From a virus (lineage: Duplodnaviria > Heunggongvirae > Uroviricota > Caudoviricetes): a stretch of 14,092 bases of DNA. Shown here in pieces: positions 8,057 through 14,092 of this stretch. Within the stretch, counting starts at the first letter, position 1, and each line of letters opens with the position of its first letter. A program made the translations under genes and the position numbers. The notes under the pieces were generated by a model. The model saw only the letters and a program-made list of their open reading frames with translations, was not told the DNA's origin and made no database searches. The stretch is taken from positions 1-14,092 of IMG/VR virus record IMGVR_UViG_2541047894_000002. One strand, written 5' to 3'.

Positions 8057-9166
8057 ATGACCGATACCACCATGCAATTGCTCAGTCAGAGCACAGACCC
8101 CGTGAAAATGCCGGATTTTGATATTCTCGCGGAGGGGGAAACACTGTCCGGCGTGGCAGAGCGCCTGATGAGCCTGTCACTGACCGACAACCGGGGATTT
8201 GAAGCGGACCAGCTCACCATCACGCTGGATGATGCGGATGGTCAGTTGCAGCTACCGCCACGGGGCGTGCGCCTGACGGTTCTCATTGGCTGGAAAGGAG
8301 AACCGCTGACAGAAAAAGGCACTTACATTGTTGATGAAATCGCTCACGAAGGACCGCCGGACAGGCTGACGGTTTCAGCCAGAAGCGCAGATTTTCGGGA
8401 TGAATTTAACGTTAAACGTGAGGTGTCCTGGCATGATGTGACCGTTGAGCGCGTGGTATCCGCCATCGCTCATCGGTATGGTCTGAAACCGCAAATCAGC
8501 GAAATGCTGATGGATATAGAAATCGACCACGCCGACCAGACCGAAGAAAGCGACATGTCCTTTCTTACGCGCATGGCGGAAATGCTGGGCGCAATCACCA
8601 CAGTAAAAAGCGGTAATCTGTTATTCATCATGCCCGGTGGTGGCGTGAACGCACAGGGCCAGCCGTTGCCATCGTTCGCCATCACACGCAGCAGCGGCGA
8701 TCGCCATCAGTTCCGCATTGCTGACCGCGAGGCGTATACGGGTGTACGCGCCTACTGGCTTGATCTTAATTACGGGAAAAAGAAAAAAGTCAGCGTGAAA
8801 CGCCGCAAACCGCAAAAACCCAAAAAGGAGAAAAGCAGCAGCCGTGAAGGTGATTATATGGAAGGCGCGGAAGGCAACGTGTTTGTGTTACGCAAGACTT
8901 ATCAGAACGAGCAGGCAGCAAGACGCGCAGCGGCGGCAAAGTGGCAGCAGCTACAACGCGGAGCCGCAGCGTTCTCCATCACACTGGCACGTGGACGCGC
9001 AGAACTCTACCCCGAAATGCATGGCACGGTAACAGGATTTAAAAGCGAAATTGATAATCAGGACTGGATTATTGCAAAAGCCGAGCACACCATTGATAAC
9101 AGCGGCTTTACCACGCAGCTTGAACTTGAGGCAAAAATCCCGGAATGGATAGCAGAAACAGCTTGA
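8057..9166 (+). CDS. D: Tail protein D (P2 gpD / phage late control D family)
   Basis: 369 aa from ATG at 8057 with GGAGGG RBS 5 nt upstream; motifs LSLSLTDNRGFEADQL.I.LDDADGQ, SARSADFR, SWHD.T, FLTR.AE, ITRS.GDRH.F.IADR.AYTGV.A.W, lysine-rich KKKKVSVKRRKPQKPKKEK linker, REGDYMEG..NVF, FSI.LA.GRA, NSGFTT.LELE match gpD as recalled. ORF-track N-terminal extension from 7925 rejected. Confidence 0.85.
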   Translation: MTDTTMQLLSQSTDPVKMPDFDILAEGETLSGVAERLMSLSLTDNRGFEADQLTITLDDADGQLQLPPRGVRLTVLIGWKGEPLTEKGTYIVDEIAHEGPPDRLTVSARSADFRDEFNVKREVSWHDVTVERVVSAIAHRYGLKPQISEMLMDIEIDHADQTEESDMSFLTRMAEMLGAITTVKSGNLLFIMPGGGVNAQGQPLPSFAITRSSGDRHQFRIADREAYTGVRAYWLDLNYGKKKKVSVKRRKPQKPKKEKSSSREGDYMEGAEGNVFVLRKTYQNEQAARRAAAAKWQQLQRGAAAFSITLARGRAELYPEMHGTVTGFKSEIDNQDWIIAKAEHTIDNSGFTTQLELEAKIPEWIAETA

Positions 9167-9211
9167 TCAGCTAAGATGTATTGCACGCCTACCCCCTTCA
9201 GTTTTCTGACT

Positions 9212-9235
9212 GTCCGCTCTGTGCCAAGAGCGGAC
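9212..9235 (+). terminator. Hairpin downstream of D (weak candidate terminator / island boundary element)
   Basis: GTCCGCTCT-gtgcca-AGAGCGGAC, 9-bp perfect stem, followed by atatataattt (AT-rich, not a clean U-tract). Lies at the GC-content transition into the AT-rich island. Confidence 0.25.
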
Positions 9236-9334
9236 ATATATAATTTCGTACTGTATCAATCGAAAGGAATCAGCTCCTTCCTATCTCAAATATGAGACAC
9301 TGCTTATAGCACCACTGGAAATTGGTTAAACATC

Positions 9335-11374
9335 TCAACTTTGCCAATCATCAGCTATCTGTTGCCAATTAACTTTCCGAGGTTCTTTTGTAGTGCTAGA
9401 CCACACATCCCAAAAATCAGGATCATCAGATTGCGGTCGTTGTTTTTCAGTAAGCTCTTTCATTCTAACTAAAACAGGAAGTTCTGAAGCCCATCCAAGT
9501 AAAATAGCATGCCTAGATGGTAACGATGGCAGCTCTCTCAACAGCCCTCTCATATTATCTGGAACAAGTCTATGTACTTGCTCTTGATCTCTATCATTAC
9601 TAATCCTGTGCAACAAAAAAGTATTACATTGAGATAAAACCGTCGGAGATAGCTCTGATGGCCTTTGGGAAGAAACAACAAGGCCTAGCCCAAACTTTCT
9701 TCCTTCCCGTGCAATCTTTTCAAACACCTTGCAACATATATCAGAGACTGACTGAGTTTCACTATCTTCCTTGTAACGTTTAATAAACGTATGCGCTTCT
9801 TCTGCAACTAAAACTGTTGGTAGCGGCCTTCCATTTAATCTTCGATAACGTTGTAGTGCTTCAAAAGCCACCCTAGAAATTACAGCTGTTACCAAATGAA
9901 TTATTTCATTTGGTACTAGAGATAAATCTATAACAGTTATAGATCCTTGTTCATTTTTACCGAGAAAAGTGTCTAACCAATTAGTTAAACTTATAGGCTT
10001 TACAGAATCATTGGTTACTGCACTAATACGAGTGTCACCTAGCATTGTTCGAATACGAGTCAAAAGAAACTCAACGAATTGTTCTGTACCTGTTTCTTGA
10101 GCCAGAGCTTCGAGATATGCGACAAAATCATCGCCTTTAAAACGCATAGGCGCATCTTCGCTTTTTGGAAGAAGTTCTTGTTCATCTCCCCCTAGAGCTG
10201 TATATGCATCTCTGAATCCATTAATCAACAACTCAATCTCGGAAACAACAGGCTTTGCTGGCCAAGAAGATCCACTTCGTGAAGAAAGATACGTATTTAT
10301 TGTGTTTATTAGCTTATCGAGCGATTTATCAACAATTCTCTCGTTTAAGATAGAAATACTATCTCTCCAAGAACCCAAAGTTTCAACCAAACCTTTAGCA
10401 GATCCACTATTCACATATATCTGACCTTGACTTGCCTGCTGTCTCATAGATACAAGAAGGATACCGCAAAAGCGTTTGGCTTGAATTTTCACATCATCTT
10501 CTGATAGAAGATTATTCCTCATTGCCCTCAAAGCACGACGTAGTAAAGGAAGTTGCACCTTTGAACTTGCTTGAGTGAAAGCAGCCCACTCAGAACTATT
10601 CCATAACCATGAAGGTACTTTAAGATCCATCTCTCCGACATCGATGTTAGCCTCTACACGTAATAGTTTACCCTTATATCTTGATTCTGGCCCTAAAGCT
10701 CTACTATATTCTCCGTTCGGATCAAGTATTATAAATCGAGCATTTGGAGATTTTCCCTGTTGTAAAACAGCATCAAGAGACCATTGAATTAAGCCGGCCA
10801 CCGAACATGATTTACCACTACCCGTATTACCTAAAACAGCTATATGTCGTCCGAAAAGTCTATCGGGGTCTACTTTTATTTCAGCATTGTTAGCTAGGGG
10901 GCTATCCCCTATTTTTACCCTTCTATTATCACCTGATTCAATTATTGATTGTAATTGTCGGTCAGTAGGCAAAAGCACAGAGTCACCAACCGAAGGGAAA
11001 GCATCAGTTCCTCTCGTGAACCTGAAACCTTCGTTTTTTCTATCAACTCTCAATGTACCAACTGGATTGATACTAAGCTTTTTAAGTGGGAAAGGAAGGT
11101 CTATCAACCCAAAATCTTGTAAGCCTCTTCTTTTGGGATATGGCGAGTTTTCTATTGCAATCCACTCAACTTGCCCAACAAGAAACCCGTCATCACTACG
11201 GATTAAAATATAACTATTTATTCTAGGAAAATTACGAGGCGCCCCACCTTGAAGTGATACTGAATCAGGAGAATCAATCTCTAAAGACACCCTAATTTCA
11301 TTAGGTGATACAAACTCAACAGTTCCAATTCTTAGTTGTTCTATTTTTTCTATTGGTAAATAACTCATTGTCAT
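9335..11374 (-). CDS. HerA-like (FtsK/HerA superfamily) ATPase, partner of SIR2 protein
   Basis: Walker A HIAVLGNTGSGKS; Walker B-like PTVLVAEEAHTF; GLGLVVSSQRPSEL (arginine-finger region typical of HerA/DUF87); N-terminal beta-rich region (GTVEFVSPNEIRVSLEID) consistent with a HAS-barrel. ATG at 11374 overlaps upstream stop (ATGA); GAGGT abuts that ATG, so ATG at 11368 (6-nt spacer) may be the real start. Confidence 0.8.
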   Translation of the reverse strand: MTMSYLPIEKIEQLRIGTVEFVSPNEIRVSLEIDSPDSVSLQGGAPRNFPRINSYILIRSDDGFLVGQVEWIAIENSPYPKRRGLQDFGLIDLPFPLKKLSINPVGTLRVDRKNEGFRFTRGTDAFPSVGDSVLLPTDRQLQSIIESGDNRRVKIGDSPLANNAEIKVDPDRLFGRHIAVLGNTGSGKSCSVAGLIQWSLDAVLQQGKSPNARFIILDPNGEYSRALGPESRYKGKLLRVEANIDVGEMDLKVPSWLWNSSEWAAFTQASSKVQLPLLRRALRAMRNNLLSEDDVKIQAKRFCGILLVSMRQQASQGQIYVNSGSAKGLVETLGSWRDSISILNERIVDKSLDKLINTINTYLSSRSGSSWPAKPVVSEIELLINGFRDAYTALGGDEQELLPKSEDAPMRFKGDDFVAYLEALAQETGTEQFVEFLLTRIRTMLGDTRISAVTNDSVKPISLTNWLDTFLGKNEQGSITVIDLSLVPNEIIHLVTAVISRVAFEALQRYRRLNGRPLPTVLVAEEAHTFIKRYKEDSETQSVSDICCKVFEKIAREGRKFGLGLVVSSQRPSELSPTVLSQCNTFLLHRISNDRDQEQVHRLVPDNMRGLLRELPSLPSRHAILLGWASELPVLVRMKELTEKQRPQSDDPDFWDVWSSTTKEPRKVNWQQIADDWQS

Positions 11375-12783
11375 ACCTCAACTTCGGCTGAATTACCTAA
11401 CTCTTTGAACTGCATAAAGCCTCTTTGTTTGAGCAACTCTGCCATCTTGATTGATGCTTTATCAATAGCTGGTTTAGGTAAATAGTTATCAACTAAAGTT
11501 TTGAAGTCTCCTAAATGATCTCCCATCAAAAGGGTAATCTGTGCTTTTCTTCCACTATTACTAATGAAACGCATAATTCTGCCAAGTGGATCGCCAAAGG
11601 CTATTATTACTATATGAGTGGAAGGTACCGTAAGCATGTCTTCAATTACTCTATTGATATGCTCATCACCAAAGCTATAACCATAAGTGACTAATGTGCT
11701 ATTTGGACGGCTAGTTGCTGCTGCCAGATCTCGAAATAGCTCAACATAAGGATACTCGGCTGTTTCTCTGTCTTTTACTGAATTAGGGTAAATCATCAGT
11801 TTTTCATAGCCATTGCTTTGATGACCTTCGGCTTCCAAAAACGGCTCAACAGAACGTGCTCCAAAGGGTAAGCCAAAGCGCCTAATCGCATTATTTTGTT
11901 CATGCCAATCAAGGGAACCATGAAGTTTAGTAAAACGTGCCACGCCCTCCAAGTATCTTGGTTCACCACGGATTCCAGGAGGATTATAATGATAATCAAC
12001 TTCTAATCTTGAGGATCGAAATACTGGAGCAATACTTCCTACAAAGCGATCAATAAGTCTTAAACCAGCAAGCTCAGCACCCACTTCAATAATACGGTCA
12101 TAATTTGTTGTAAAGATATGTAGCCTATCGCGAGTGGCAGTTCTACTTGCAAAGCTCATCAAAAAACTAACTAGATAGTTGAAAGTTTCCTCTTTCCGGG
12201 CTGGTTCAGCAGTTTTGATTAAATATTCTCCTTTAATTATAGATTTAGAAAACTCCCCCAAGCATCTAGAAAGCTCGCCTTTGAGCTCGCCCAAGTCTGC
12301 TTTTAAGTTTCTATAAGCAGAATAAGGAGGTGGCGGATTTTCTGGTTGAGGAGTATTTAACACCGTTAAAATTTCGAGACCTTTAATAAGTTCATTGATA
12401 GTTCTAATTTGATCTTCTATATTTCCTCTATCGCGACCTGCAGCTTTTGCAGCCTGAGTGGAAAATTCATCTATTTCGCTTTTACATACTTTTAAATCAT
12501 TAATCCACCCCATCCCTACTGGAGATAAACCTGTAGCTGATTTTTGAATAGCCGAGCTTAAGCCTGCACCGATTAATAAATTTAAATGCTCTGATTGGAA
12601 GAGAGCTGTTAGCCAGGGCTCAATATTTTGGCGCAATTTCTCAATTGATATTTCTGCCCCCTGTTCTCCCCATACACAGTTCTTCGAGAGGATAAAAGGA
12701 TGAGAATCAGCATGCTCGCCAGAATTAGATGATAGATCAATAATTTCTGATATACTGCCAACTTTTATATGTTGAATACTCAT
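11371..12783 (-). CDS. SIR2-family (SIR2_2 / DUF4020-like) protein, predicted NAD+-consuming effector
   Basis: Motifs in order: LNLLIGAGLS (Gly-rich NAD-binding loop), IFTTNYDRIIE (TTNYD), KLHGSLDW (catalytic-His region), YGYSFGDEHINRVIEDM. ORF track start at 12843 is TTG; ATG at 12783 (MSIQHIKVG...) preferred but weak SD, so start is uncertain (12783-12843). Stop overlaps HerA start. Confidence 0.75.
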   Translation of the reverse strand: MSIQHIKVGSISEIIDLSSNSGEHADSHPFILSKNCVWGEQGAEISIEKLRQNIEPWLTALFQSEHLNLLIGAGLSSAIQKSATGLSPVGMGWINDLKVCKSEIDEFSTQAAKAAGRDRGNIEDQIRTINELIKGLEILTVLNTPQPENPPPPYSAYRNLKADLGELKGELSRCLGEFSKSIIKGEYLIKTAEPARKEETFNYLVSFLMSFASRTATRDRLHIFTTNYDRIIEVGAELAGLRLIDRFVGSIAPVFRSSRLEVDYHYNPPGIRGEPRYLEGVARFTKLHGSLDWHEQNNAIRRFGLPFGARSVEPFLEAEGHQSNGYEKLMIYPNSVKDRETAEYPYVELFRDLAAATSRPNSTLVTYGYSFGDEHINRVIEDMLTVPSTHIVIIAFGDPLGRIMRFISNSGRKAQITLLMGDHLGDFKTLVDNYLPKPAIDKASIKMAELLKQRGFMQFKELGNSAEVEV

Positions 12784-13207
12784 AAATGCACTTCTTTTAT
12801 TTGTGTTAAAAAACATACTTTTGTAGAGGCAAACGAGTGCCAAGAGTATGAAACTTAGCGATTAAGTTCGAATCTTACACCTCCCAAAGCCTCTGAGAAT
12901 TATCAACCTAACCCAAAGGAACTCAATCAGCGTTTTATTTTAGCACGACTAAATAACTAGTAGATAGCGTCAAAGACAAACCGGGGAGATAAAAACTTAC
13001 AACACTGCCACCAGTAAAATCATCTACATACCAACAAGTTGCCTTCAATCACGTAGAATAATCCTACTAGTGCATAGTCAATCTCGACTACTTACTCAGT
13101 GAAAATTCAACTGCAAACTTCTGGTTTTTACTCAAAGCAAGCAGTTAGTTGGAATCAGTATTAGTACAACTTAGAATAATAGAAACACCACGTTAAGGGA
13201 GGTCGCT

Positions 13208-13468
13208 ATGTTCCGTTGTCCACTTTGTGGCGCGTCTGCCCGTATCCGCACCAGTCGTCCGGAAAATGACTCAAACACCGTGCGGCAAAAGTATTACCAG
13301 TGTAATAACCTGGAATGCGGCGTATGCTTCTCAACACTGGAAGCTTTTCATAAGTTCACATCAAAACACACCTCAGAAGTTCATTCTTCAGAAGACATAC
13401 CGTGGCAGGCTCTGCCAGCTTCACACAGGGGGAACAATCAGATGAGTTTGCCCTTATCTCAGAATTAA
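13208..13468 (+). CDS. ogr: Ogr/Delta-family zinc-finger late transcription activator
   Basis: MFRCPLCGASARIRTSR...YYQCNNLECGVCF: Cys-X2-Cys ... Cys-X4-Cys arrangement and N-terminal MF.CPLC....A..RTSR pattern of P2 Ogr as recalled; strong RBS AAGGGAGG 5 nt upstream; 86 aa. Confidence 0.85.
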   Translation: MFRCPLCGASARIRTSRPENDSNTVRQKYYQCNNLECGVCFSTLEAFHKFTSKHTSEVHSSEDIPWQALPASHRGNNQMSLPLSQN

Positions 13469-13528
13469 CGAGCAGAATTGCCGGAGTAACAAAAAAGCGA
13501 TAGATTACGCGCGGGTGCCTTTCGGCTT

Positions 13529-13792
13529 ATGGTCGGAGGGAATACCCGAAGGCCAGATGTGGAAAGGCCCCGGAAAACATCTCTGTTTAACCGAGGCCCT
13601 AACCGCATTACCTTGACAAGTGAAAGGTTAGCGCCTCTCCTGAAAAGGAGCAAGTGCTATGTCGCAAAAATCGCTTACGGCCATCACGTTCTGCGTGACG
13701 GCAATCCTCATCATCTGGATGCTGCACGGTTCGCTGTGCGAAATACGGATGAGCTTCTGGGGAGCGGAGTTTGCGGCGTTCTTACAGTGTAA
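13529..13792 (+). CDS. mok-like overlapping reading frame covering the hok-like toxin ORF (true start uncertain)
   Basis: ORF in a different frame (start 13529 mod 3 = 2, hok-like 13659 mod 3 = 0) spanning almost the whole toxin ORF and ending 7 nt before its stop, as in hok/mok/sok loci. No independent sequence support for translation. Confidence 0.3.
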   Translation: MVGGNTRRPDVERPRKTSLFNRGPNRITLTSERLAPLLKRSKCYVAKIAYGHHVLRDGNPHHLDAARFAVRNTDELLGSGVCGVLTV

Positions 13793-13799
13793 GCAGTAA
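13659..13799 (+). CDS. Hok/Gef-family type I toxin (46 aa small membrane peptide)
   Basis: atg tcg caa aaa ... cag taa encodes MSQKSLTAITFCVTAILIIWMLHGSLCEIRMSFWGAEFAAFLQCKQ: N-terminal hydrophobic helix followed by the SLCEIR motif and AAF, characteristic of Hok/Gef peptides. RBS AAAAGGAG 8 nt upstream. Below the ORF-track size cutoff. Confidence 0.65.
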   Translation: MSQKSLTAITFCVTAILIIWMLHGSLCEIRMSFWGAEFAAFLQCKQ

Positions 13800-13888
13800 G
13801 GAAACCGCGACGGGGGAGCAATCCCCCGTCACTCGGTTGCCAGGGTAAGGTCGATAAGGCACCCTATCTCACAGACATGAACAACAAA

Positions 13889-13921
13889 CCCGCAGCGTAA
13901 AAACTGCGGGTTTTCTTTTTT
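13889..13921 (+). terminator. Rho-independent terminator (likely 3' end of the hok-like mRNA)
   Basis: CCCGCAG-cgtaaaaa-CTGCGGG stem-loop followed by TTTTCTTTTTT. Preceded at 13809-13830 by a second hairpin GACGGGGGA-gcaa-TCCCCCGTC with a GNRA loop. Confidence 0.55.
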
Positions 13922-14065
13922 GGTATCCTCACCGATTGAAACAGTGATCAGACTATAAGACAAAGCCCACAATGTAGCGGGCTTACTCCCCTCTCCCTCC
14001 ACTGAATGTGGACACATAGTGGAACAAAGAGAGATAAAACATTATAAATCAATCTGTTATTGAAA

Positions 14066-14092
14066 TAAAAAAGGCCGCAGAGCGGCCTTTTT
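14066..14092. terminator. Bidirectional rho-independent terminator at window edge
   Basis: aaaaaAGGCCGC-aga-GCGGCCTttttt: GC-rich 8-bp stem flanked by A-run and T-run; truncated by window end, associated gene unknown. Confidence 0.45.

Larger units (their letters stand above)
9240..13200. other. AT-rich accessory island inserted between D and ogr, carrying a two-gene SIR2/HerA-type operon
   Basis: Composition roughly 40% GC (hand count of samples) versus visibly GC-richer flanking tail genes; interrupts the D-ogr adjacency expected from P2 gene order; gene orientation opposite to D and ogr. Boundaries approximate; no flanking direct repeats identified by eye. Confidence 0.6.
1..13468. mobile_element. 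P2-like prophage late region (tail fiber, tail, D, ogr), partial; continues upstream of window; right boundary uncertain
   Basis: Gene content (tail fiber, Tfa, U, T, E/E', FII, FI, D, Ogr) matches P2-family tail and late-control genes by protein motifs and size; see individual features. Att sites and integrase not visible in window. Confidence 0.8.

Noticed and set aside
9393-11213. Small + strand ORFs inside the HerA-like gene (9393..9587, 10575..10787, 10887..11213)
   Set aside because: Antisense to a gene with clear ATPase motifs; AT-rich sequence yields short random ORFs; no RBS.
13227-13445. 72-aa alternative-frame ORF overlapping ogr
   Set aside because: The 13208 frame gives the Cys4 Ogr zinc-finger pattern and has a strong SD; the overlapping frame has neither.
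13613-13618. TTGACA hexamer on the + strand in the hok leader as a -35 element
   Set aside because: No plausible -10 hexamer at 16-18 bp spacing; it lies within the presumed mRNA leader, so is more likely coincidental.
13960-14000. Possible P2 attP core-like sequence (tagcgggcttactcc, reverse complement contains TAAGCCCG)
   Set aside because: Only about 8 nt match to the P2 core as I remember it; too short to distinguish from chance, and my recollection of the core sequence is not verified.
13829-14017. 62-aa - strand ORF at the right end
   Set aside because: Runs through two terminator hairpins and the hok 3' region; no RBS or recognisable motif.

Overview
The window is the late/tail region of a P2-like prophage from an enterobacterial genome, with an AT-rich two-gene island inserted between tail gene D and ogr. 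From the 5' end: a 5'-truncated tail fiber gene containing three near-identical 132-bp tandem repeats, and a tail fiber assembly gene (both + strand); a bidirectional hairpin; then on the - strand U (tail protein), T (tape measure), E/E+E' (tail chaperone with a TTTTTTG -1 frameshift site), FII (tail tube) and FI (tail sheath); then D (+), the island, and ogr (+). Relative to the P2 gene order as I recall it, the FI-U block is inverted in place. The island (about 9.24-13.2 kb, roughly 40% GC against mid-50s% in the tail genes, estimated by eye) encodes a SIR2-family protein and a HerA-like ATPase on the - strand with a 4-nt ATGA overlap. This is the architecture of the SIR2-HerA anti-phage family and is the main candidate system here; it belongs to a described family, so any novelty would lie in its divergence and its location. 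Downstream of ogr is a Hok/Gef-family type I toxin ORF (46 aa, below the ORF-track cutoff) with an overlapping mok-like frame and two 3' hairpins. All calls rest on reading the sequence and recalled family motifs; no database or HMM search was run.
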